A stretch of 36,062 nucleotides of DNA, taken from positions 1 to 36,062 of the forward strand of contig NW_021824698.1 of assembly GCF_006345805.1 (NCBI RefSeq), given 5' to 3'. Source of the DNA: Octopus sinensis. Its lineage: Eukaryota. A program made the translations under genes and the position numbers. The notes beneath the pieces were generated by a model, which saw nothing but the letters and a program-made list of their open reading frames with translations, did not search any database and was not told the origin of the DNA. Shown piece after piece: positions 1-11,609 of this stretch (position 1 is the stretch's first letter; each line of letters opens with the position of its first letter).

Positions 1-298
1 CCTCATCATGCTCGGGTTCCACTTGCCTTCGCAGTTGCTCTCCATCTTAGTGATATCTTGGTGGAACCTTTCTCCATGCTCATCACTCACTGCTCCGAGC
101 TCCAGAGGGAAGGAGTTGAGGTGGGAGTGGAGAAAGTGAATTTTGAGTGACATTCGTCATCCCATGTCTTCATAAGATTGTAACAACTTCTCGATACACT
201 CTTGGTAATCTAGTACCCGTGCGTTACCAAAGAAGCCATGGCAGACTGACTTAAATGTTTCCTATGCTCTCAGTTCCTTTAAGGTAAGAAGCTTCCTG
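1..298 (-). pseudogene. Decayed DNA transposase C-terminal fragment, probably CMC-Chapaev(-3) type (Transib/RAG1-related); runs off the window edge
   Basis: Minus-strand translation RKLLTLKELRA*ETFKSVCHGFFGNARVLDYQECIEKLLQSYEDMG*RMSLKIHFLHSHLNSFPLELGAVSDEHGERFHQDITKMESNCEGKWNPSMMR contains the MSLKIHFLHSHL...AVSDEHGERFHQDI motif; two in-frame stops. Superfamily assignment is from memory of the family. Confidence 0.8.
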
Positions 299-458
299 TA
301 TATATACATATATGTATATAAGTAGGTGAATGAATTATCCTAGTATTGATAATTCAGTTAACCGATACCTGGGTAGCAAATTCACGTCAGAAAACACGGT
401 TGAAGCTACATGCCAAGGTAGAAACTCCGTGTTTTGTGTGGTAATTTGTGTAATATTT

Positions 459-540
459 AAATGAATAAAAGAATGGAGTCGAACGAGGTTTAAAGGAATT
501 GTGTTAAAATCCTCGTTCGACTCCATTCTCTTATTCATTT
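459..540. repeat. 30-bp inverted repeat (hairpin) at the end of a short element flanked by (TA)n
   Basis: aaatgaataaaagaatggagtcgaacgagg (459-488) vs cctcgttcgactccattctcttattcattt (511-540), 1 mismatch. Confidence 0.85.
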
Positions 541-588
541 TACATATATGTATAATATATATGTATTATATACATAAATATACTATAC

Positions 589-631
<43 letters not shown>

Positions 632-967
632 CATACATACCTACATATAATATATATATATATAATATATATATATAGATAGAGATATGGAAGAGAGAGA
701 GAGAGAAGAGAGAGGGGAAAGAAAGAAAGAACGATAGGGAAGAGGGGAAGGGAGAGGGAGATAAAGACACAGAGACAAAGAAGAGAAGGAATGATCAGAA
801 CAATTTACCGGCTCAGTCATTGGAGTGCGGGCCTGCTGGGGCAACGCCTTCAGAGTAATTGTTTCAATTCAGGTTCATATTTTATCAATTTCTATTTTTG
901 AATCGGTATAATAATATTGGACAGAGACGAACACAACATAAGTAATAAGACATGTTTTAAGAGATAC

Positions 968-1106
<139 letters not shown>

Positions 1107-1656
1107 ATTATATATATATTACATTGTATCCGGATGAAAAATCATATAGTTTGCCTTTTCAGGATGTATCTGCATTAAGTATGTTACACAGAGGCTATTT
1201 TTTTTATCTAATTCTGCTTTTGTTGCACAAAACAGATTTGAATTCAGCCAAGTGACTAATTGCAACACCAGTGACTTTTCCGTCACTATTTTCCTATACA
1301 AGTGGCGACGGATTTCATCTTATCATGCAGTCATGTTGTTGCCATAGGGCTCATGCTACTGACGAAGCACAATAAGACAGAAATGCGCCACTTGCAGCCT
1401 CATCTGCCACTGCTGGAGCATTTACAGCTGCTGCTGATATATTTCTATTTTAAAACACAGAATATCCATAATATATGTTTGTGCGTGTGTGTGTGTGTAT
1501 GCGCATACACACACGCGCGCGCACACACATACACACACACACACACATATAGTATATAGTAATAGTATAATATATATATTCTATTATATATGTGTGCGTG
1601 TGTGTGTATGTTAAATAAAATAAGACAAGAAACCAAGGCTGTGTGGAATTTATAGG

Positions 1657-1949
1657 ACATTTCTAGAGAGAAAGGTAGTCTTGCAGCTGTTTACACTATC
1701 CAGTTAGGATAACAAACTTTGAACTCCTATCGGAATCTACATGCTTCTACAAGAAGCATTTCTACCATTTCGACACTATTTTTCTCTTATTTCCCTTTAT
1801 ACTTTCTATATCCATCCTCTTCCAAAATAACTCCTTATATTGAACTCTTACTGTTTCCCTCTAGTTAACTCTCTCATATCGTCTCTGATGAAGGGTTATC
1901 CCTAATATCCCAGAAACAGCTGTAAGATTAACTTTCCCTTTATAAATGT
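1657..1949 (+). mobile_element. Penelope-like pseudo-LTR / retrozyme-like fragment with a partial inverted copy
   Basis: 1657-1692 is the reverse complement of 1914-1949 (6 mismatches in 36 bp); the right copy overlaps a hammerhead motif; lies between (TG)/(TA) microsatellites. Confidence 0.6.
1881..1928 (+). ncRNA. Type I minimal hammerhead ribozyme motif
   Basis: GUCU-CUGAUGA-A-GGGUUAU cccua AUAUCCC-A-GAAA-CAGCUG-UA-AGAU: both core boxes, stem II, palindromic stem III (CAGCUG), GUA triplet, short stem I; A.A mismatch at 10.1/11.1. Confidence 0.7.
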
Positions 1950-1958
1950 ATGTATATA

Positions 1959-2013
<55 letters not shown>

Positions 2014-2039
2014 ATATATTTATAAGTACTGGTTTGAAT

Positions 2040-2147
2040 CGAGGTTAGAATGGGAGGCAGCTTCCCGAGATGCTGTGCCATGGAATCAAACCCGGACCCA
2101 CAGATTTGTGAAGGGAATTTCTTAACCCCGCAGCAAAGCTCACGCCT
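2040..2147 (-). mobile_element. Degenerate tRNA-derived SINE 5' head
   Basis: Reverse complement aggcgtgagctttgctgcggggttaagaaattccc...gggtttgattccatggcacagcatctcgggaag has A/B box-like motifs and resembles the head of the SINE at 10712-11121. Confidence 0.6.
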
Positions 2148-2170
2148 GTATTTGATGTACGCACAATTTC

Positions 2171-2201
<31 letters not shown>

Positions 2202-2560
2202 TGTGGAAATAGAGTCGTATGTCCGTGGCAATCAACGGTGACCACTCGACCAACCAGCGCCATTAGACAATTGTAGGGAACGGAAGGTTTATCGTCTGAT
2301 TTAATCATTTTTCTAGTTTTCCTGTTACGTCGTATTGATGTCATAGTTGTTTTCCTAATGGTTGTTTTTTGTCTGGTCGTGTGTCCGGCAAAATATCATA
2401 TTCTTTTCTTTTCTTCTTTTGCATATTTGTTCCGGCTGTTTACGTTCTGCGTTCAAACCCCACAAAAGTCAACTTTGTCTTTCATTCTTTCGTGGTCGAT
2501 AAAATGATGTACAACTCAATTACTGGAGTCGTTGGTCTCTCTTTCTCAATTACTGGAGTC

Positions 2561-2723
2561 TCTTTCTCTCTCTCTTATATTTTTCTAACCATATTGGCAT
2601 CCTGAGTGCAGCTGGTTTCAATAACAGAACGCATCTTTTCCTTGTGGTCCCACACAATGATATCTGGCCGGTTGTGCTTTAACTTTGTGACTGTTTTAAT
2701 TCTAAATTCCGCCAGTATTCTTT
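2561..2723 (-). pseudogene. Restriction-like endonuclease (RLE) domain, N-terminal half, of an R4/Dong-like non-LTR retrotransposon
   Basis: KEYWRN/RIKTVTKLKHNRPDIIVWDHKEKMRSVIETSCTQDANMVRKI*ERE: HNRPD...(D/E) PD-(D/E)xK signature, with a frameshift and a stop. Confidence 0.75.
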
Positions 2724-2936
2724 TAACCTATCGGTCTCGATGGGGTCGGGAATTCGTCTGGAAGTTCATTCCTGGAGATTTATTTCAGTTCTTCTCGAGA
2801 GAGTTCAAGCAGGTCGCTAACAAAGCGACAAGGAACACAGAGTTCTCGGTATTTGTGAATGTGTGGCTGAGTTGGTATGTTGCGTGGATTGACGATGAAT
2901 ACACCCAAGTCTGTGCCTCTATTCGTCTAAAGAATC

Positions 2937-3147
2937 TCAGATGGAGAATCTTCGAGATGTCTGACAAATCTTCACTGTGCCACAAATAGTTTGGATTTGA
3001 AAAATCCCCGTCGGTTTCTTTTGCTCTTTCTTCGAAAAAGCGAGTATTTCTGGGTAAATTTGCTGGTACTTAACTTAATGCAACTCAGATAATGGCTGCA
3101 AATGAGAATTCATAGTCAGGGCAAGTTTCGCATAAATTCACCATAAC
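2937..3147 (-). pseudogene. RLE domain, C-terminal half and ORF end, of an R4/Dong-like element
   Basis: YGEFMRNL/PDYEFSFAAII*VAL...FQIQTICGTVKICQTSRRFSI* resembles the Y..L.RNLQ.LYP.Y.F.PIIIGALG...GTVKICKTF terminus of RLE-clade ORFs. Confidence 0.65.
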
Positions 3148-3420
3148 GTATGTATGTATGTATGTATCTATGTATGTATGTGTGTGTGGTATTATGTATG
3201 TATGTATGTATGTATGTATGTATGTATGTATGTATGTATGTATGTGCGTGTGTATGTATGTATGTATGTATGTGTGTGTATGTATGTATGTATGTATGTA
3301 TGTATGTATGTTATGTATGTATGTATGTATGTTTTGCGTGTGTATGTTTGTATGTATGTATGTATGTATGTATGTATGTATGTATGTATGTATGTATGTG
3401 GTTATGTATGTGTGTGTATG

Positions 3421-3452
<32 letters not shown>

Positions 3453-4412
3453 TATGTGTGTGTATGTATGTATGTATGTATGTGTGTGTATGTATGTATG
3501 TATGTATGTATTTATTGTGTAATGTAATGTATGTAGTGTGTTGTATGTTTGTATGTATGTATATATGTATGTATGTATGTATGTATGGTTGTATGTATGT
3601 ATGTTTGTGTGTATGTATGTATGTATGTATGTATGTGGTGTGTATGTATGTATGTATGTATGTATGTGCGTGTGTATGTATGTATGTATGTATGTATGTA
3701 TGTATGTATGTATGTATGTGTGTGTATGTATGTATGTATGTATGTGTGTGTATGTATGTATGTTATGTTGTGTGTTGTATGTATGTATGTATGTATGTGT
3801 GGTGTGTATGTATGTATGTATGTATGTATGTATGTATGTATGTATGTATGTATGTGTGTGTATGTATGTATGTATGTATGTGTATGTATGTATGTATGTA
3901 TGTATGTATGTATGTATGTATGTATGTGGTATGTATGTATGTATGTGCGTGTGTATGTTGTTGTATGTATATATGTAGGTATCTATGTATGTATGTATGT
4001 ATGTATGTATGTATTATGTATGTGTGTGGTGTATGTATGTATGTAATGTATGTATGTGTGTGTGTATGTATGTATGTATGTATGTATGTATGTGCGTGTG
4101 TATGTATGTATGTGTGTGTATGTATGTATGTATGTATGTATGTGCGTGTGTATGTATGTATGTATGTATGTATGTATGTATGTATGTATGTGTGTATGTA
4201 TGTATGTGTGTGTATGTATGTATGTATGTATGTATGTATGTATGTATGTATGTATGTATGTATGTATGTGTGTATGTATGTATGTATGGGTGTGTATGTA
4301 TGTATGTATGTGTGTGTGTATGTATGTATGTGTGTGTATGTATGTATGTATGTATGTATGTATGTGTGTATGTATGTATGTATGTGTGTGTGTGTGTATG
4401 TTTGTATGTATG

Positions 4413-4446
<34 letters not shown>

Positions 4447-4534
4447 TGTATGTATGTGTGTGTATGTATGTATGTATGTATGTATGTATGTGTGTATGTA
4501 TGTATGTATGTGCGTGTGTATGTTTGTATGTATG

Positions 4535-4568
<34 letters not shown>

Positions 4569-4664
4569 TGTATGTATGTATGTATGTGTGTGTATGTATG
4601 TATGTATGTATGTATGTATGTGTGTATGTATGTATGTATGTGTGTGTGTATGTTTGTATGTATG

Positions 4665-4698
<34 letters not shown>

Positions 4699-5172
4699 TG
4701 TATGTATGTATGTATGTATGTGTGTGTGTATGTATGTATGTATGTATGTGTGTGTGTATGTATGTATGTATATATGTATGTGCGTGTGTATGTATGTATG
4801 TGTGTGTATGTATGTATGTATGTATGTGCGTGTGTATGTATGTATGTATGTATGTATGTATGTATGTATGTATGTGTGTGTGTATGTATGTAATGGTGTG
4901 TATGTATGTATGTATGTATGTATGTATGTGTGTATGTATGTATGTATGTATGTGTGTATGTATGTATGTATGTGTGTGTATGTATGTATGTATGTATGTA
5001 TGTGTGTGTGTATGTATGTATGTATGTATGTGTGTGTGTATGTATGTATGTGGTGATGTATGTATGTATGTATGTATGTATGTATGTGTGTATGTATGTA
5101 TGTATGTATGTATGTATGTGTGAGTGTATGTATGTATGTATGTATGTATGTATGTATGTATGTATGTATGTA

Positions 5173-5205
<33 letters not shown>

Positions 5206-6750
5206 GTGTGTATGTATGTATGTATGTATGTGTGTGTGTATGTATGTATGTGTGTGTATGTATGTATGTATGTATGTATGTATGTATGTATGTATGTATG
5301 TATGCATGTATGTATGTATGTGTGTGTGTATGTATGTATGTGTGTGTATGTATGTTTGTATGTATGTATGTATGTATGTATTGTGTATGTATGTATGTAT
5401 GTATGTTTGAGTGTATGTATGTATGTATGTATGTATGTGTGTGTATGTATGTATGTATGTATGTATGTGTGAGTGTATTATGTATGTATGTATGTAGTGT
5501 ATGTATGTGTATGTATGTATGTGTGTGTAGTATGTATGTATGTATGTTATGTATGTATGTATGTATGTGCGTGTGTATGTTTGTATGTATGTATGTATGT
5601 TGTGTATGTATGTATGTATGTATGTATGTGTGGTGGAGTGTATGTATGTATGTTATGTGTATGTATGTATGTATGTATGTATGTATGTATGTATGTATTG
5701 GGTATGTATGTATGTATGTATGTATGTATGGTATGTGTGAGTGTATGTATGTATGTATGTATGTATGTTGTGTATGTATGTATGTATGTATGTGTGTATG
5801 TATGTATGTATGTATGTATGTGTGGTGTATGTATGTATGTATGTATGTATGTATGTATTATGTATGTGCGTGTGTATGTTTGTATGTATGTATGTATGTG
5901 TGTATGTATGTGGTATGTATGTATGTATTATTGTATGTATGTATGTATGTATGTATGTGTGTATGTATGTATGTATGTATGTATGTATGTGTGTATGTAT
6001 GTATGTATGTATGTATGTGTGAGTGTATGTATGTATGTATGTATGTATGTGTATGTATGTATGTATGTGTGTGTATGTATGTATGTATGTATGTATGTGC
6101 GTGTGTATGTTTGTATGTATGTATGTATGTGTGTATGTATGTATGTATGTATGTATGTGTGAGTGTATGTATGTATGTATGTATGTGTGTATGTATGTAT
6201 GTATGTATGTATGTATGTATGTGTGTATGTATGTATGTATGTATGTATGTATGTGTGAGTGTATGTATGTATGTATGTATGTATGTGTGTATGTATGTAT
6301 GTATGTATGTATGTATGTATGTGTGTATGTATGTATGTATGTATGTATGTTTGAGTGTATGTATGTATGTATGTATGTATGTATGTGTGTATGTATGTAT
6401 GTATGTGTGTGTATGTATGTATGTATGTATGTATGTATGTGCGTGTATGTTTGTATGTATGTATGTATGTATGTATGCATGTATGTATGCATGTATGTAT
6501 GTATGTATGTATGTATGTATGATGTAATGTATGTATGTGTGTGTATGTTTTTATGTATGTATATATGTATGTTTGTATGTATGTATGTATATATGTATGT
6601 ATGTATGTTTATATGTATGTATGTATATATGTATGTATGTATGTATGTACGTATGTATGCATGCATGTATGTATGTATGTATGTATGTATGTATGTATGT
6701 ATGTATGTATGTATGTATGTGCGTGTGTGTGTATGTGTGTGTGTGCGTAT
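3148..6750. repeat. About 3.6 kb compound (TATG)n microsatellite with TG, TGCG, TTTG and TGAG variant units
   Basis: Directly visible; source of the spurious MYVC/HTYI ORFs up to 632 aa. Confidence 0.98.
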
Positions 6751-7073
6751 ACACATACTCTATGTGTCTGAAGTGTGTATAATATTGTTCTGTGTGCAGA
6801 TGTATAATTGTTAATGTTAGATCTAATTCCCTTTTTATTGCAAGGTCCTTTGCCACAAATTCATGACTGCACCCTAGGAATTTGATGTAGAGTCGTTTAT
6901 TTGATCGATATCGGTTGGTGTCCCGGGTCTGTTCGCAGAATTTCACGCTGGTTCCTTCTGAGATAATTCCAAACAAAAGAATTTCGGTGTTTCTTCATCG
7001 ACAACCATTGCCCCTCACCAGATGACGATGGACACGTCTACCAGCTCCCAATTTCACTAAATGGATTAAACAT

Positions 7074-7086
7074 TGCACACACACAC

Positions 7087-7172
<86 letters not shown>

Positions 7173-7173
7173 A
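7074..7173. repeat. (CA)n microsatellite
   Basis: Directly visible. Confidence 0.95.
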
Positions 7174-7742
7174 CTTGCTAGTTTCTAGCTTTCTTTTCCG
7201 GAATCAGATTGGTTCCGTCAAATCTGAAAATCCATTTTTTTTTGCGTCGAAAGAAATATCGGACATGACAACAACATACAATAAACCATTTGTCCTTAAA
7301 ACTGTTTTGCTTCTCCCAAAATTTCCAACAAAGCAATGACCGTTTGAGAATGGTGAACGAAGGTCATTCAAGGGATGAACCTTGCAAACCCGGACATATT
7401 TAACATAAAATAAAAATCTCGAATATTTTGTTTGTCTGTAATAATTTCTCAGCTCTTACGGATGTATGTATGTGTGTATGTGTGTATGTATGTATGTGTG
7501 TAGTTGTGTGTATGTATGTGTGCGTATGTATGTATGTATGTGTGCGTATGTATGTATGTATGCATGCATGTATGTATGTATTATGTATGTATTATGTATG
7601 TATTATGTATGTATGTATGTGTGTATGTGTGCATGTATGTCTGTGTTCATATGTGTGTATGTATGTATGGATGTATGTGTGTGTATGTGTGTGTTTGTAA
7701 ATATGCATGTATATATATATAATGCAAACACACACACATATC

Positions 7743-7785
<43 letters not shown>

Positions 7786-8004
7786 GAATGATTGATAAAT
7801 GTGTGTATAAAAAGTATTTATATACACATGTGTGTGAGCGCGTGATATCTATTATATGATATATAATATAGAATTGTACACTGAAATTAATCGAAATTTT
7901 GTTTTATCCAATAGAACATGTGAAAATAAGTCAAGTGAAGCTAAAATCCGAACCGCCACCCGTCCAAGCAGCCCAATTGGTTTCCCCAGATCTTGTTTCC
8001 CCAG

Positions 8005-8375
8005 ATCTGTCCTTTCCTCATCATGTAAAACGCCTATCGAGTGTTTCCGTGCTCCATACATTGAGTTACATGTTGTCTTCGTGCCGCCCACCCCACCTTT
8101 GCGGGGAGGTGAGGGGGCCCCTATTGGGCTCCTGGGGTTGTCTTTGATCAAGTGTACTCACTGAGAACGTTCTAATGCTGATGGCATTTCTTTTTCTTGG
8201 CGACAGATGACACGTCCTCAACAATGGCCTCCAGCTCCTTCCCTAACTTGAAAACGAAGGACCTGGTCACTTTCAAGAAGGCGAGGATCTCTGCGTGTAG
8301 GGGGGGGGGGTCAAAGACTCGAGCCACGACTGTGGAGTGTCTCGCTATTTTTTTGACCTGGTTCCTGTCCACCAT
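8005..8375 (-). pseudogene. Degenerate Tc1/mariner-superfamily transposase N-terminal (HTH) fragment
   Basis: EILAFLKVTRSFVFKLGKELEAIVEDVSSVAKKKK, then IKDNPRSPI and RFYMMRKGQ in shifted frames; matches the recalled pattern EIA.FL.V.RSFV.KVRKEL...I.E.P.KS.R...SYVMR.GQ; stops and frameshifts present. Confidence 0.65.
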
Positions 8376-8705
8376 CTTAGTGCTGCAGAAACCACTGAAA
8401 GGCAAAAGACAGATGCGATTTACTTTTACAAGGAAATGGTTGAAGTTTTAGTTTGGATATTTTAGTCAGTGGGAAAATTCGAAGTCACTATCAAATTCTT
8501 CCTTGTAAAAATTAAAGCTTTTAAGTGATCCCACACACACACGCACACACACACACACATATATATACAAATATACACATATATATGTATGCATATATAT
8601 ATATATAGTATATATACATATATATATATGCATATATATGTGTATATTTGTATATATATGTGTTTGTTTGTAATTATATGTGTGGGTGTGTGTGTGTGTG
8701 TGTTG

Positions 8706-8767
8706 TAATTTTTCCCTGTAAGTTTGGATTTACTCCTTAACATTATTATTATATATACATATTATAT

Positions 8768-8823
<56 letters not shown>

Positions 8824-8847
8824 TATAGATATATATATATATATATG

Positions 8848-8878
<31 letters not shown>

Positions 8879-8919
8879 ATAATATTAGGGAGTAAATCCA
8901 AACTTACAGGGAAAAATTA
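8706..8919. repeat. 43-bp inverted repeat enclosing a (TA)n spacer
   Basis: taatttttccctgtaagtttggatttactccttaacattatta (8706-8748) vs its reverse complement at 8877-8919, 2 mismatches. Confidence 0.9.
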
Positions 8920-9011
8920 GATTTAGGATTAAATCTAATTTTCAGTATAAATATATATATTAAATTAGAGATTTGATTTGCCTAATAGTAGTTTTATCTC
9001 TAATTTAATAA

Positions 9012-9081
<70 letters not shown>

Positions 9082-9333
9082 GTATGTATAATGTATGTAT
9101 ATAAACCAAATAAACTTGCAAGACACCGCACGAATAAAAATATATAGAAAAGAGCGTTTGAAATGCAGAGGTCTTTCGATAATCTTTTTTTAAAAAAAGG
9201 GAAACCGGTCAAGTCAATAAGCATCCTTAAAAGACTTCTGCATTTCCTTCTTTCCTATATATAATATATATATATATATAATATATATATATATAATATA
9301 TATATATATATATTATATATATATATATAATAC

Positions 9334-9398
<65 letters not shown>

Positions 9399-9489
9399 TA
9401 TATGTATGTATATCTATCTATCAATCTATACATTCATACATACAAACATACAACACAACAGGAAGCTGGAAATTTTTTTGGTATTCTTT

Positions 9490-9740
9490 ATTTAAAACAA
9501 AACTGAAAGATTTTCCAACTTCCTGTTTCGATATAAAATTACTTTGCAAACAATATTTCCAGAATCTTCCCCTCTTACGTTTACCCTCACATCAATACAA
9601 CAACAACAACAACAAAAACAACAACAACAGCAGCAGCAACAGCAGCAACAGCAGCATCGGCATGCTGGATTGCAATACTGGAATAATCAGATGTGCTTCA
9701 AGAGGACACAGCTTGGATTTTACCCTACCTACATTATATA
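9490..9740 (+). repeat. Unclassified dispersed repeat (copy 1) with internal CAA/CAG expansion; inverted copy at 17560-17740
   Basis: aatactggaataatcagatgtgcttcaagaggacacagcttggattttaccctacctacattata matches the reverse complement of about 17561-17630. Confidence 0.8.
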
Positions 9741-10500
9741 TATATATGTGTGTGTGTGTGTGTTGTGTGTGGGTGTATGTATGTGTGTGTGTGTATGTAT
9801 GTACGTGTGTGTATGTGTGTATGTATGTATGCGTGTGTGTATGTATGTATGTATGTATGTGTGTGTGTATGTGTGCATGTGTGTATGTATGTATAATTGT
9901 ATGTATGTGTGTGTGTATGTGTGTATGTATGTATGTGTGCATGTATGTATACGTGTATGTGTGTATGTATGTCTATATTATATGTATGTGTGTGTATGTG
10001 TGTATGTGTATGCATGTATGCATGTATGTGTGTGTATGTATGTGCTGCTGCTGATGTTTTGCTAGTGGTGGTGGTAGTGAAGGAGGCGGTGGCGCCGGTG
10101 GTGGGTTCCGAGAGTCGATCTAGGAGATAACAAGGGAAAGCGGAAACGTCGAGAGGAAGAGAGGCAGAGAGGGAGAAAGAGAGAAAGAGAGATAGAGAGA
10201 GAAAGAGACATAGAAAATGAAGGAGAGAGAGAGAGAGACTGAGTGAAGTGAACAGAGAGAGACTGAGAGGCAGAGAGAGAGAGAGGGAGTTCCTGGGATG
10301 GATAGAGTGAGACAAGAAGGGAGAGAGTTAGGGAGAGGGAGAAAATGGGGAAAGGAGGAGGAGAGAGAAACGACGGGAGGGGAATGGGGAGAGGAATAGA
10401 GAAGTGAGGAGAGACGAAGAGAGGGAGAGTGTGTGTGCGTATGTAGGTATATAATTGTTGTGGAGATGGGGGAGGGGACCGTATGTAACAGTGTGTATCC

Positions 10501-10531
<31 letters not shown>

Positions 10532-10659
10532 AGGGAGTTAGAAATAGGATAAAATGGTGGATGTTGAGACGGAGATGATAGAGAAATTGTAGGCAGAGAC
10601 TATGGACAGCTAGGTCGGTCTATCTATCTGTGTGTGTATGTATGTATATATATGTGTGT

Positions 10660-10691
<32 letters not shown>

Positions 10692-10711
10692 CTATTCTTA
10701 TATTATTTTAT

Positions 10712-11121
10712 TCTTTTATTTGTTTCAGTCATTTGACTGCGGCCATGCTAGAGCAGCGCCTTTAGTTGAACAAATCGACCCCAGGACTTATTTTTTGTAA
10801 GCCTAGTACTTATTCTATCAATCTCTTTTACGGAACCGCTAAGTTACGGGGACGTAAACACATCAACATCGGTTGTCAAGGGATGATGGGGTGGGGTGGG
10901 ACAAACACAGACACAAACATATACAAACACACACACACATTTATGTATACATACATATAAACGACGGGCTTCTTTTAGTTTCCGTCTACCAAATCCACTC
11001 ACAAGGCTTTGGTCGGCCCGAGGTAATAATAGAAGACACTTGCCCAAGGTGCCACGCAGTAGGACTGAACCCAGGGCCATGTGTTGGTAAGCAAGCTACT
11101 TGCCACCAGCCACTCCTGCGC
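10712..11121 (-). mobile_element. Near full-length tRNA-derived SINE of cephalopod type
   Basis: Minus strand: gcaggagtggctggtggcaagtagcttgcttaccaa...gggttcagtcc head, ttgggcaagtgtcttct...gacggaaact core, internal (TG)n, 3' end gcagtcaaatgactgaaac plus A-rich tail; a 3' fragment recurs at about 810-855. Confidence 0.85.
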
Positions 11122-11609
11122 ATATATTATATATATATATATATATATATAATATTTAGAGAATTATATTGTATATATATATATAATATATAGATATAAT
11201 GATATATATATATATATATATAGACATGTATGTATGGAAATGCATATACATACACACACACAGCTGCTGCAACAATGACGCCAACATTAAGACCGAGCAA
11301 AACAACAGCCCTCACACCGCCACCGCCACCACATCCCTCCTACAAACGTCGTTGCAACCCCCTCCCTTCATACCTCTCTCCTATTACGTCACTGACTCTG
11401 TTACGATAAGAACAACGTCAAGAACACAGACGATGGTGTTTCTAGCGATAAGGCCATTTCCATGCGCGTGTCTGTCTGTGTGTACATAGACACATACATA
11501 TGCACACACACATACGTGCACATATACAAACACTCACACATGCATACATACATACATACATACATACATACATACATACATACATGCACACACACACACA
11601 AAGATTGGC

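Noticed and set aside
3150-6814. Long ORFs (up to 632 aa) of MYVC/HTYI repeats
   Set aside because: Translations of the (TATG)n microsatellite; no complexity or splice context.
8172-8405. Apparent host exon after a ttttgcctttcag acceptor on the minus strand
   Set aside because: Translation fits a decayed Tc1/mariner N-terminus with stops and frameshifts downstream.
9544-10065. PolyQ-containing 173-aa ORF
   Set aside because: The CAA/CAG run is an expansion inside a dispersed repeat whose second copy (17560-17740) lacks it; the remainder is (TG)n/(TATG)n.
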